This document shows positions 17,837-28,429 of a stretch of 51,688 nucleotides of DNA, piece by piece. The notes beneath the pieces were generated by a model, which did not search any database, was not told the DNA's origin, and worked only from the letters and a program-made list of their open reading frames with translations. Source of the stretch: Candidatus Hodarchaeota archaeon (GTDB lineage Archaea; Asgardarchaeota; Heimdallarchaeia; Hodarchaeales; Hodarchaeaceae); assembly GCA_016839815.1 (NCBI GenBank), contig JAEOTM010000137.1, positions 1 through 51,688 of the forward strand, written 5' to 3'. How positions within the stretch are numbered: the first letter of the stretch is position 1; each line of letters starts with the position of its first letter. The position numbers and the translations under genes were made by a program.

Positions 17837-20800
17837 TCTTGTCTTCTTCGACGGTAAGAGACGTAAACAAGTATTATCGCTGATAAACTTATCCAAAATG
17901 GGATAGGGCTATCCTGACTTGTTGTTGTGGTTGTTGTAGTCGTAGTTGTAGTTGTTGGTAGAAGTGAGGTAGTTGTAGTTGTGCTTACAGGGGGAAAACC
18001 TGTTATCTCGATGATATGGATGGAAGACATTCCTTCGTTACCAAAAGTATCAATGGCTTTTGCATAAACATATACTTGGGGTACAGTAAATGGTCCCATT
18101 ATCGCTGCATACGTTTCTGATGCAGTAAATGACATCGACTTCTCGGTATAAGTTACACCTTCATCTGTACTTATATATAATACAGCTGAAGATATTCCTG
18201 AATGATCAGTGGCATTTGCTACAATGGTAATTCGAGCATCTTTATCCAGTTCACTAGGCACGTCAAGAAGTTCAACAACTGGGGCTAGTGTATCTATCAC
18301 TGTACTATCAATCTCTGTACTGAATAATGTTGTATCTTTAAATGTGAATGATAGAGTCAGTGTCGATTGTCCTCCTGCAAGACCCTGTAGTGGAATGATG
18401 AAAATATTATTTCCAGGATCAAGCTGTAAATACCCACTCCATGATCTAATAAGATTACCTTCGACTTTTAAGAGACCATACAGACTATAGGATTCTATAT
18501 TATCAATAGAGATCGGAATAAGAATTGGTCCTTCAACATTGATACCGCTTATCGTTGAAGTTAGTAGTAGCGGAAGAGATGAAGGCTCAGCTGTTGAAAA
18601 GGATCTGTGAATTATGAAGGGAGTTTCTAGTTCGTGAGCATCAACAATAAATGTGAGATTATCTGTTGACAAAAATCCAGTAATATTAACAACAAACACT
18701 ACTTGCCTAGGAGTGAAAGGTTGTAGATCCCCTAAATTAACACTAGAGGTGATTATTTCCAATCCTGAATGGGGAAGGAAGGTAATAGTTGTATTGGAAG
18801 CTTTTACATCGGCGATGTTGGTTAGTGTCATTTCAAATTGAGTGGTACTATTAGGCATGAGATCTACGGGGTATTGAAGGAGTCCAGCTTGGATTGAAGG
18901 GAGCTCAACAGTAACACTAACAAACTGCTCTTTATGAAGTACTCCATCAACATAAACACGAATAACCACTGTATAATCAGTACTTTGAGCAGAACTCTTG
19001 GCACTGATATTCCATGCAACAGAATTTACTGAAAATGGTTCTAAATCACCCATATTGTACACAACGGATCCTTGCAAAAGCTCAAGGTCAGCTGGTAAAA
19101 TAAGTTCAAGTTGAACTGCTTTAGCTGTGAGATTTCCACGTGATTCTACTGAAAGTGTGAGATTTTTCGAAGAGGTTTTTGAGATAGATCCGAGATCTAT
19201 CGTCCGATTCTCCACCAAATTGATATTCTTTAGATTCAGAATCGAAGAATCTTGTGAATTTCCTTCTACAAATGCCTGCCAAGAGCTTCGAGGTTCATTA
19301 AGAGTTATCAGTGAGTGATTTATTGAAGAAGTTATGGCATCAATATACATGATCATTCGAGCTGTAAATTGCCAATCATCACCAATTTGTTGATCTGTAC
19401 CTGCCCACCAGAACGCATCACTGCCCTCAGCAATCGTAATATATTTCCAAAATGTTTCCTGTTCTTCAGGAGTGAGTTCTGATTCAAATTGTTCTAAAAG
19501 CTCCCGACCTTCCATGATGTATTTCCATAAAAGATTTTCATCGGGTTCTCCATACCAAGTAGAAACAGATCCATCAACCCATGATCCTCCTCCATACGGA
19601 AGGGGAAATTCCTTAGGATAAGAGAAGTCATCTGTAGTAAGCGTTTTACTAGGAGGTACATAATGCATGGCTTCTTCTAGAGTTGCGGTTTGTACCCAAC
19701 CAAGCATTTGTGATTCTTCCAAAGCAGCATAGACGCGATCAGAAAAGTATCTTGCAGCGGGAGATCCCCAAATCATATAATTCTCGCCATCGAGAGCAAC
19801 AGTTACGACTTTATCAAGATCCTCACTAACCACGTGATTTTTGTACATATTCACAATTTGACCCATAAAATCTCGTGCTGCATCTTCCGCAGAAGCATAT
19901 CCATTATATCGAAAACCAATGTCATTAGAAATAGGCGTATATCTGAAGAATGCCACCATTTGTTTACCAGTGACCTCATCAAGCACTAAATATGGTTCGA
20001 AGGGTTTATTTCCACCACCAAGATTCGCATCAGACCAAATGGTATGATTGATACCATTATCTACCCAGTAAGGTATAATTTGTGTATTAAAACTCATTTC
20101 AGGCTGCCATGCACCGTAAGGTGTGTAATCAAATAGGTTAGCTGTCACATTTTTTCCTAACACGATCTGACGAGTCATATCTTCATCCCAACCCCAATTT
20201 GCTAACAAAGCGAAAATCGGATGATTATACCCACTGGTAAGTAACTGTAATTTACCAGATCGAGAGGTATTATGTAGTACATCATAATGAAGATCAATAG
20301 TTTGATTAATGTTATCAACCCAATCCATTGTCCATTCCCCATTATTTGACCATCCGTTACGAGAAGCAAGCCACTGTTCAAGTAGACTAGGTTGAAGGTT
20401 GATTGTAGCTGAAATATTAGGATGATTAGCTAGTGCTTGAATTTGCCATAGATAAGGTCCTTCTGTATGAGCCTGAGCCCATGGTTCTAAGAAATTCGGA
20501 GGATTGGTAAATGGTTCTGTGTAAAACGGCTGATGTTGATGCCAAACAAAAGAAAGATAGAGTTTTTTGCTAGTAAGGGTAGTATCAACCACATTTAAAT
20601 TAATTGTTTTTTCAAACACTAATTCAAAGGCTTCTTCAACTTCAACCTTTATATTATAAACCCCCAATTCTTGCCCATGGGTGAAAACGTGGGTCAAGGT
20701 AATATTTCCATCTCCAGGAACAGTTTCACTAGACCATTGCCAGATCTGGGTTGTTTCCAAATATAATCTAACAGTAACATCCTTGGAAACATTATTGACA

Positions 20801-21855
20801 TTTTCGAGAAAGATTGTCACATTGGGTTGATCGAGAGTTGTGTGAACATATTTATCTAAACTCATTGTCCCTATAATCCCAAGTTTGTCGAGAAAACCAT
20901 TTATCCCAGCTTCTTCTAATTCAGAGGTTAAGGGTCCTCCATATAAACTTAAACTATACATTACTGATTCTCCCGCTGAAAGAGTTCTTTCAGAGTAACA
21001 AACTCGTGTTTCTATACCCCACGAAGACGTTTCTAATCTCAAATACTTCGTCGCATTATGGTAAACCATTCCTCCAAAGGCACCTTCGGAAAGATCATAA
21101 ATACCAGACCATTCAAGATCATTCCACTGAAAAAAGTTCCAAGAAAGGAGCTGGCCAATGGAGACCTGCCCACCATGGCTATAGGCTTGATAATCACTCC
21201 CTAAGTCAGTACCGACAATACTTCCCCAACCAAGTGTATATCCCATTCTGTTACCAGTATCCTGGCCATCTAAACTGATCGAACTAGCGGTAGGATTATG
21301 AAAATCTACAGTCAAATTTCCCCAATGTTTCCCATCTGCTATTTTAAACGTAATATTAACTTCAAGACCAGCCAGCTCAGAAGCTGTACCAGCATACGTT
21401 TCATTTAAGGTATATATCCCTGAAACAGTTGCAATATTCGCGCTTTCGGAGGTAGTGATATTAAATGGCGCATCCCAGAGCTCTCCTGTCCACGGTTGAC
21501 TTGTTACCCAACTCCAAAGAGGATGTCTATTAGAGATTAAATCCCCACCAGAACTTGATACCCCTGAATTAGCAGCTAACTCCGTTTCTGAAGTATTGTC
21601 GTACCACTGAACGAGACGAAAACCATATCTTGTGATAGCTATTGAGGCTACTCCAGTATTAATCACTATTTCATCTTCGGGAATGAGTGAGTTAACATCT
21701 TTATAACTTATCATTCCAGCTTGAATACGAGATTTGGGTGCCAAGGATTCAATATTTAACTTGGAAAGTGGTGTATCTTGTTGTACAAAAGTTATGGTCT
21801 TCACTAGACTAAAAAGTAAAAGACAAGAGATTAGAATGGAATAAGTTCGTTTCAT
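17833..21855 (-). CDS. Secreted, C-terminally anchored GH57, paralogue 2, with CARDB/Ig-like C-terminal domains
   Basis: WHQHQP, TSGYNHPIF, GAWQPE, ALDGENY, AEGSDAFWW; poly-Thr + TM + RRRR. ATG 21855 preferred because GGTGA lies at 21861-21865. Confidence 0.9.
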   Translation of the reverse strand: MKRTYSILISCLLLFSLVKTITFVQQDTPLSKLNIESLAPKSRIQAGMISYKDVNSLIPEDEIVINTGVASIAITRYGFRLVQWYDNTSETELAANSGVSSSGGDLISNRHPLWSWVTSQPWTGELWDAPFNITTSESANIATVSGIYTLNETYAGTASELAGLEVNITFKIADGKHWGNLTVDFHNPTASSISLDGQDTGNRMGYTLGWGSIVGTDLGSDYQAYSHGGQVSIGQLLSWNFFQWNDLEWSGIYDLSEGAFGGMVYHNATKYLRLETSSWGIETRVCYSERTLSAGESVMYSLSLYGGPLTSELEEAGINGFLDKLGIIGTMSLDKYVHTTLDQPNVTIFLENVNNVSKDVTVRLYLETTQIWQWSSETVPGDGNITLTHVFTHGQELGVYNIKVEVEEAFELVFEKTINLNVVDTTLTSKKLYLSFVWHQHQPFYTEPFTNPPNFLEPWAQAHTEGPYLWQIQALANHPNISATINLQPSLLEQWLASRNGWSNNGEWTMDWVDNINQTIDLHYDVLHNTSRSGKLQLLTSGYNHPIFALLANWGWDEDMTRQIVLGKNVTANLFDYTPYGAWQPEMSFNTQIIPYWVDNGINHTIWSDANLGGGNKPFEPYLVLDEVTGKQMVAFFRYTPISNDIGFRYNGYASAEDAARDFMGQIVNMYKNHVVSEDLDKVVTVALDGENYMIWGSPAARYFSDRVYAALEESQMLGWVQTATLEEAMHYVPPSKTLTTDDFSYPKEFPLPYGGGSWVDGSVSTWYGEPDENLLWKYIMEGRELLEQFESELTPEEQETFWKYITIAEGSDAFWWAGTDQQIGDDWQFTARMIMYIDAITSSINHSLITLNEPRSSWQAFVEGNSQDSSILNLKNINLVENRTIDLGSISKTSSKNLTLSVESRGNLTAKAVQLELILPADLELLQGSVVYNMGDLEPFSVNSVAWNISAKSSAQSTDYTVVIRVYVDGVLHKEQFVSVTVELPSIQAGLLQYPVDLMPNSTTQFEMTLTNIADVKASNTTITFLPHSGLEIITSSVNLGDLQPFTPRQVVFVVNITGFLSTDNLTFIVDAHELETPFIIHRSFSTAEPSSLPLLLTSTISGINVEGPILIPISIDNIESYSLYGLLKVEGNLIRSWSGYLQLDPGNNIFIIPLQGLAGGQSTLTLSFTFKDTTLFSTEIDSTVIDTLAPVVELLDVPSELDKDARITIVANATDHSGISSAVLYISTDEGVTYTEKSMSFTASETYAAIMGPFTVPQVYVYAKAIDTFGNEGMSSIHIIEITGFPPVSTTTTTSLLPTTTTTTTTTTTTSQDSPIPFWISLSAIILVYVSYRRRRQD

Positions 21856-21878
21856 ACAATTCACCAGTTTCGGGAAAG

Positions 21879-24800
21879 TTAGACTGATCTACGCCTCCTA
21901 TGAATAATGGGAACTATCAGTACTAAGAGGATTAATACTTCAATAAGGAAAATACTTGAAGCATCACCTGTTGTAGTTGTAGTAGTCGGAATGGTAGCAG
22001 ATGTTGTGGTTGGTAGTACTGTAGTTGTAGTTGTTGTCGTAACTTCAATATCCAGATTGATGGTAAAAGCCAATACTTGAACATTGTTTAGATTATCTTC
22101 AGCCTCAATTTCAATGTAGATAGTTTCACCATCTGGAAATGGTCCCAAAATAGAGGACCAGATATTTTCTCCAGTTAAAGACATAGGTTTTGTTGTCCAT
22201 CGATCATCCTCACTTAATCGATATTTCAAGGTAACAGCATATATTCCTGAAGGATCTTCTACCATAACTGAAAGTGTTAATCTATCATTGGGAGTGGGGA
22301 TATCAGGGGTCCAGGTTTGATTACTTATTACAGGAGAAATGTTATCCACAATAAATATAGATGCTGTATCGCTCTGTAAGTGAGTTGTGGCAAAAAATAG
22401 ATCATACACAAGGATATGAGATCCACCTACAGTCCCTTGGACGAAGATTGAGATAACTTTTGTCTCAAGAGGATCAAATTGAATTATGGTGTTTGTAGGA
22501 AGGATCGTTGACTCATTTACCTTCAACAGAACTGTTACTCGGGAATTTAAGGTGTTTGTAATATTGAAATAGATAAGTTCAGGTTGAGCAATATTCAATT
22601 CTCCTGTAACACTATTCACAGTAATCACATCACTTACAGGTGACCCTGTTTGAATTTGCTGACTACTACTCACATTATTCGCCATATTTCCAGAAGAGAT
22701 TTCAATAAGGAATTCACCAAAATAATATCCAGTGATATTTATTGTCCACGAATATTCTGCAGTAATTCCTGCACTTATACTTGTAAGCCAAGGTGTATCA
22801 AAGCTATAGACAGTAAACTCCTCAGGAAGATTGATTGAGACACTGACATTTTCAGCATCCACAATTCCACCATTACGTATGCTTAGTTTAAGTTCTCCTG
22901 ATTCACCTGGTAATTTGTTCTTAATATCCATTATGTTGATGGATACAACATCTAATTCTGGTTCTGCAGCATACACCGTGAATGTTTGAGAAAAGTTATG
23001 GAACGGTGCATCTGCAGTGACTAATACAGTGAAATCATATTCGCCTACCATGGAACTGACGTTGAATTCCCAGTTAGCAATGTACATATCTAGGATACCA
23101 TACGCCAGATCAGTCTGGAAAGTTATCGGATTTAATGTTCCGACGTTAGTAGTTGAGCTATTCAATAGAGTTAATCCAGAATCTGCTACTATGGTTACCT
23201 TAACATTATTAGCAGCAGCCCCACCACGACTTTGAATAGCAAATGGTACTACTAATGATGATCCTGCTTCGACTGAATAGGCTGTTGGTAGATCAAGTGT
23301 TGGACCATAACCAGGATAAACAGTATCCCCACTGTCAAAATTGTATACAGCCTTTTTCGATCCATCAGGGGCAATATAGTAAAGAGAGGGAAGTTGATCA
23401 AATGTAACATTCGGATCAGAAAGAAACGGCCACAGTAATGTCCAATCAAGAGTCAGATACGGCTTATCAAAGGAAGCGGTAAGGTGATCGGCCCAATGAC
23501 GGACCTCTGTGAATTGTCCGAGATCTGCTCCAAAACCAGCTGCCCAAGTATTCTCTTCATCCCTGCCTGCATAAAATGCCCAATCAGACGACTCAGCATT
23601 CATAAGCCATCTCCATAATTCGAGCTCTTCAGTAGCATTCAAAGATGAGCGTTCCTGATAAAAGAATTCTCGAGCTTCAACCATATATTTCCACATGTCA
23701 TTTTCAACTATTTCTCCTCTCCAATTTGAGAACGAGAATCCCTCTTTATCAGCCCAGGATCCATCTGGCACATTAGTCAAAACAGGTGCATTTATTCCTC
23801 CAGAATTAATCAAGTCTTCTAACTCTGAGAGTTTAAGAGATTGAATCCATCCTCTCTGCTGTTGTTCTTCCAAAGCTGCATAAAAATTAAATAAGAGTTC
23901 ATGGGCATTAGGCGAACCTCCCATAATCATCCAGTTCTCTCCATCAAGAGCAATGGGTAAAACTTTATCATCTAATCCATAATTTTGGCGATTACTTTGA
24001 TAAATATTGATCATATCTCCCAATAATCGTCTAGCATTCTCTTTCATATCGCCTCGGTTATAACCGAATGCGATCTGATCTCCGATAGGATCCTCAGCAA
24101 GAACAATCGTCTGTTTTCCCGAAGGATGGCGGACAATATATGGTAGAAGTGGGTCATCCATACCTTCTGCCTGCAACATAATTTCTTTATTCACAACAGT
24201 GTAGGCAATCCCCGTATCATTTAACACTGGGATAACATCCATTGAGAATGATTGTTCAGGAAGCCACGTTCCTCTTACAGACGTTCCTAATATGGTTTCA
24301 CTGAAATTCTTTCCCATCTCCATTTGTCGATAAGCATCCTCATCAAATCCTGCTTCTAATAAAAGGGGAAGGATAGGATGAGAATAAGGAGTGGTAGTAA
24401 TTTCAAGAGGACCTCCCGGTTGAGAAAGTTCTCCATATTTTTGGATTGCTAGCTTTAAATCATCTGTAGCACGCGTTGTCCATGTTCCAGAGTCATTCCA
24501 TCCGTCTTGTGCTATCCACCATTGATATAACAGAATGGGAACTATATTGATGGATACATGCGCTCCAGGATGTGCTTCTAATGCTTCCCAATGACGTTTA
24601 TACGCGCCTTGTGCGTGTAACAATGGCCAAGGGGAAGTGAATACGCCTTCATAATCATAATTTGTGGGATTGTGCAAATGCCATAGAAAAACGGGGTATA
24701 ACGTTCCTCCATTATAGTCAACAACATTTATGGTTATTCTTCTCTGAATAGAAGTTCCCCCACGAGTAACTTTAAGCTTGAGCTCGGATTTTCCTATATC

Positions 24801-26039
24801 GTGTAAAACTGTTGAACTGAAAACTTGCCAACCCCAATAAGTTTCTCCTGATGGTATTGTTACATTTTCTTCTAAAAAGATAGGTTCATCCGCTTTATTT
24901 AGTAACTCAATTTTATCAACAGTTTGAGCTGTTGTTCCAAAATTTTTAATTATAAAGGAAGCGTTGACTTGATCTGAAGTTCCATATGCCCATTTATCAA
25001 TATCAAGATTTACACCAATTCCAACACTATCCATAAATCCCGTAAAACCTGCATCTTCTATTGCGGTATTTTCCATCTTACCTGCATAGAATGTCAATGG
25101 ATAGGCAATCGATTCTCCAGATAGAAGTGTCTCAGTAGGAAACTCCATCCTTAGTTCGTTTCCGAAATCTTCAGGCCACTCATCGTATGAAACAGTGGCA
25201 TTGTGGTTTCTAATCCCTGAAGCCAAGCCAAAGACCGAATCATAAGTCATTAACCATTCAAAATCACCCATTCGTCGATTATCCTGATATGCTAATGTAT
25301 TCCATGCATAAGGAATTTCCCCTCTTTCTTTGAAAGTGTAGAAATCATCATTCGAATCAGAACCAATCCAACCACACCAATTCGAAGTAAAGCCTACAGT
25401 TGACCCTCCAGCGTCATAACCATCTAGGTTAATGCTTTGGTTTGTTGGATTACTTATAATGACATTCAGATCAAAATGAGATTTATCTGCATAAAATGTA
25501 TATACCTGCGAAATATTTACTCCCGAATAATAAAAATCAGGAATCATATCTGCGGGATTATAATCAATTCCGTTCATGATATAACTATAACCGAAAGTAA
25601 CTGAATTAGAATATGATCCAACAGGATGAACTCCTCCTATTGGTTCAAATGTAGCTTTGGCTAATTCTCCTGGCCAATATTGTTTTGTGAGCCAGTTCCA
25701 TAGTGGAAACCGATAATAGTTAAGAGAAAATCCTGCGTCGAGTACAGATTCTCCATCATTAGTAACTGCGCTGACAATACGCAAACCCTCTAGTGACATC
25801 CCAAATGATACTTCACCTGTATCTATTACTAGTTCATCCCCTGCTGTTTTATCCACAATATTTTCTACAGTAATATTCAATGTTCCTGCTTGAGTAGAAC
25901 GTGTAATCTCTTCATCGAATAAACCTTTAACCTTAAAATTGCTTGTAGGTGTAGAATACTCGAGTATGACAAGTGATGAAATAATAGATAGTGTAAAAAT
26001 TGCAATTAATGAAATAGGAGTTAATTTATACTTTTTCAT
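21879..26039 (-). CDS. Secreted, C-terminally anchored GH57, paralogue 3, with CARDB/Ig-like C-terminal domains
   Basis: WHLHNP, TTPYSHPIL, GTWLPE, ALDGENW, AESSDWAFY; poly-Thr + TM + RRRR. Confidence 0.9.
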   Translation of the reverse strand: MKKYKLTPISLIAIFTLSIISSLVILEYSTPTSNFKVKGLFDEEITRSTQAGTLNITVENIVDKTAGDELVIDTGEVSFGMSLEGLRIVSAVTNDGESVLDAGFSLNYYRFPLWNWLTKQYWPGELAKATFEPIGGVHPVGSYSNSVTFGYSYIMNGIDYNPADMIPDFYYSGVNISQVYTFYADKSHFDLNVIISNPTNQSINLDGYDAGGSTVGFTSNWCGWIGSDSNDDFYTFKERGEIPYAWNTLAYQDNRRMGDFEWLMTYDSVFGLASGIRNHNATVSYDEWPEDFGNELRMEFPTETLLSGESIAYPLTFYAGKMENTAIEDAGFTGFMDSVGIGVNLDIDKWAYGTSDQVNASFIIKNFGTTAQTVDKIELLNKADEPIFLEENVTIPSGETYWGWQVFSSTVLHDIGKSELKLKVTRGGTSIQRRITINVVDYNGGTLYPVFLWHLHNPTNYDYEGVFTSPWPLLHAQGAYKRHWEALEAHPGAHVSINIVPILLYQWWIAQDGWNDSGTWTTRATDDLKLAIQKYGELSQPGGPLEITTTPYSHPILPLLLEAGFDEDAYRQMEMGKNFSETILGTSVRGTWLPEQSFSMDVIPVLNDTGIAYTVVNKEIMLQAEGMDDPLLPYIVRHPSGKQTIVLAEDPIGDQIAFGYNRGDMKENARRLLGDMINIYQSNRQNYGLDDKVLPIALDGENWMIMGGSPNAHELLFNFYAALEEQQQRGWIQSLKLSELEDLINSGGINAPVLTNVPDGSWADKEGFSFSNWRGEIVENDMWKYMVEAREFFYQERSSLNATEELELWRWLMNAESSDWAFYAGRDEENTWAAGFGADLGQFTEVRHWADHLTASFDKPYLTLDWTLLWPFLSDPNVTFDQLPSLYYIAPDGSKKAVYNFDSGDTVYPGYGPTLDLPTAYSVEAGSSLVVPFAIQSRGGAAANNVKVTIVADSGLTLLNSSTTNVGTLNPITFQTDLAYGILDMYIANWEFNVSSMVGEYDFTVLVTADAPFHNFSQTFTVYAAEPELDVVSINIMDIKNKLPGESGELKLSIRNGGIVDAENVSVSINLPEEFTVYSFDTPWLTSISAGITAEYSWTINITGYYFGEFLIEISSGNMANNVSSSQQIQTGSPVSDVITVNSVTGELNIAQPELIYFNITNTLNSRVTVLLKVNESTILPTNTIIQFDPLETKVISIFVQGTVGGSHILVYDLFFATTHLQSDTASIFIVDNISPVISNQTWTPDIPTPNDRLTLSVMVEDPSGIYAVTLKYRLSEDDRWTTKPMSLTGENIWSSILGPFPDGETIYIEIEAEDNLNNVQVLAFTINLDIEVTTTTTTTVLPTTTSATIPTTTTTTGDASSIFLIEVLILLVLIVPIIHRRRRSV

Positions 26040-26156
26040 TCATTCAAACCTCTAAAAATTAATTGTCTTCCCTCCCTTTCAATTATCTAAATAGATTACT
26101 CTCTAAAAACTGTAGAGTGGATTAAGATGTACTTCGACATACTTATGGAATCTAAT

Positions 26157-28313
26157 TTACTTCCTCTTTTGAATTCTCCTAATTGTCGGAACAATTAGGA
26201 CTACGGAATACAGAAACATCCATCCAGAAGTTCCAGCACTATCTGAAGTTGTCGCGATACTAGTAATTTCTGAATCTTCACTACTAGTATCAACTATCGT
26301 AGTTAAACCGCCAACAATGGAAAAAGTTGCATCAGAACTATCCTCCGATTTTAATCCTGTAGAACAGGTAACTATTACCTTTATAATATAATTATCTCCA
26401 TTATAGACAGACGACACATCCCAAGTATACAGAGTGGTAGTAAGATCTTCCACTAATGGAATCCAAGTATCTCCTGCATCTGTAGAATAGAAAATTGAGT
26501 AAGTAACTTCATGACCAAGAGTATCATGAGATTGACTCCACGTGATTCGGTTTGGTCCACTTAATGTCTCCCCACCATTTGGAAACTTCACTATTGGTAT
26601 ACTAAGGACGTGATTTTGAACCTCAAATCTATTATCGGAAGTATCTTCAGAAATTAACCCTTCCGTACAATTTGCTGTAACTTTCAGTGAATAATTAGCA
26701 CTATTAACCACCGCTAAAGTATCCCATTCGAAACTAGTTTCTATTGTTTCAGTTAATTCAATCCACGTTATTCCCATATCACTAGAATATTTGAGTTCAT
26801 ATCTAATATCATGGTCCAAGGAATCTATTGATGGGATCCATTCAATGGTGATTGTTTCATTTACAATCTCTCCTCCATTTGGATAGACTATGGTAGGAAC
26901 CGTTAAGAGATGATTGTATATTGAAAATATTCCATCTGACACATCTTCGGCAAATGCACCGTCCGATCTATAAATAATGACTTTAAGTAGATACGTTGAA
27001 GATGAAGGGATCCAAGAAGTGTCCCAGATATATCCTAGTGAGCTCTGATTTGCGCTCAATAGAGTCCAAGTTGTTCCTTGATCACCCGAATAATAGACAG
27101 ATGAAGAAAAATTATGGTCATATAATTCTGATCTCGCAGTCCATGCCAATGTTTGAGTACCAGTCAGTGTTTCTGATCCGTTCGGAATGATTATAGTAGC
27201 TTGAAATCCTCCTGTAGATTCATAGGGGGAAATGTCCCGTTTTACTTTTGAGATTACGCCATAATGGTCAGATACTTCCCCTACTACGATTGGGGTGAAT
27301 ATAATCTGAGAAGCTTCTACAGAATATGTTTGATTATTTTCTTTCATGAAAATATAATCAATCCGTCCTGGAAGATCTCCTTTTACTGTATCATGCTTTC
27401 TTTGTGAAGGTATGAAGTTTGCATCCGAATATACTTCCAAATAACTATCCACATAGTTATTATTTACCATCATGGTCTCATACCCCTCACTCCAAGGAGG
27501 ATCACTAGTAGGATTTCCGTTAAAATCTCCACCGACAAAAGATAGAACAGGTTCACTGGTTAAGTTCTCTTTTTCTGCAACAAATGCTTTTAATCGTTTG
27601 ATTTGATTGTTTTGTTCTTCATCAGTTTCGGTAACTCGCCAGCTTAAGTGTACAGAGAATGCATTAACTCGACCAAACCAAGGAACATCTATACTTGCAT
27701 ATATTGCCATACGTGAAATCGTTTCCCATGATCCAATGCTTTTACTGGTATAGGTTGAGATATATCTACTCTCCCAATCTAAAATTGGATATTTAGATAA
27801 GACAGCAACTCCCTCTTCCCAAACATTCCACCCATAATGGGCCCAATCCCAGACAAAATAATAATCGAGTTGATATTCGTGTTTCAATTTTTGTGACAAT
27901 ATGTATGCCATATTATCAATCCGAATGGGATTCCCTTCGGAAACATTGGGTGAGTCTTGGTGTTGAGCGCATTCCTGCAGGAGTAATATGTCAATATCCA
28001 TTTTCGCTATTGTTTCAACAATCATATCGAATTTAGTGGATTGATTCTCTTCTTGGTATGTATGCATATTTAGAGTTAAAACCAGTAACTCATCATTGCC
28101 CATTTTATATGTCGTTGCATTTATCCCCATAAGATCTTTGGTATCCGTCTTCAACTTTAGCTCACCACTTTCAATTATCTCTGAATTTTGTTGATTCTTG
28201 AATGTTAACTCTTTTGTTTCATAATTGCTGATAAACTGAGAATCAAGTATAATTAGAGGACTTAGAGTTACGAAAAATACACTTAGAATTATGATTTCAC
28301 GAAAGCATTTCAT
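26157..28313 (-). CDS. Secreted anchored endonuclease/exonuclease/phosphatase (MapP/RgfB-like) with three Ig-like PNGGE repeats
   Basis: LTLNMHTYQE, LLLQE, EEGVAVLSKYPI, SVHLSW, GGDFN, RIDYIF, SDH; three ~100-aa repeats with PNG(G/S)E and YSxDxGxTW; Ser/Thr linker + TM + basic tail. Confidence 0.85.
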   Translation of the reverse strand: MKCFREIIILSVFFVTLSPLIILDSQFISNYETKELTFKNQQNSEIIESGELKLKTDTKDLMGINATTYKMGNDELLVLTLNMHTYQEENQSTKFDMIVETIAKMDIDILLLQECAQHQDSPNVSEGNPIRIDNMAYILSQKLKHEYQLDYYFVWDWAHYGWNVWEEGVAVLSKYPILDWESRYISTYTSKSIGSWETISRMAIYASIDVPWFGRVNAFSVHLSWRVTETDEEQNNQIKRLKAFVAEKENLTSEPVLSFVGGDFNGNPTSDPPWSEGYETMMVNNNYVDSYLEVYSDANFIPSQRKHDTVKGDLPGRIDYIFMKENNQTYSVEASQIIFTPIVVGEVSDHYGVISKVKRDISPYESTGGFQATIIIPNGSETLTGTQTLAWTARSELYDHNFSSSVYYSGDQGTTWTLLSANQSSLGYIWDTSWIPSSSTYLLKVIIYRSDGAFAEDVSDGIFSIYNHLLTVPTIVYPNGGEIVNETITIEWIPSIDSLDHDIRYELKYSSDMGITWIELTETIETSFEWDTLAVVNSANYSLKVTANCTEGLISEDTSDNRFEVQNHVLSIPIVKFPNGGETLSGPNRITWSQSHDTLGHEVTYSIFYSTDAGDTWIPLVEDLTTTLYTWDVSSVYNGDNYIIKVIVTCSTGLKSEDSSDATFSIVGGLTTIVDTSSEDSEITSIATTSDSAGTSGWMFLYSVVLIVPTIRRIQKRK

Positions 28314-28429
28314 TCAATTTTTCACCTACAAGAAAATAATTGTTAGGAGTATTGGGTGTTAGCTTACTATAAAATCATTATCCACTCATTATCGTTATAG
28401 CTAGAACTGATAATTACTATGTGAACAGA

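Noticed and set aside
17919-22040. GTT/GTA triplet runs as microsatellites or phase-variation tracts
   Set aside because: They are imperfect in-frame Thr codon runs encoding the stalks.
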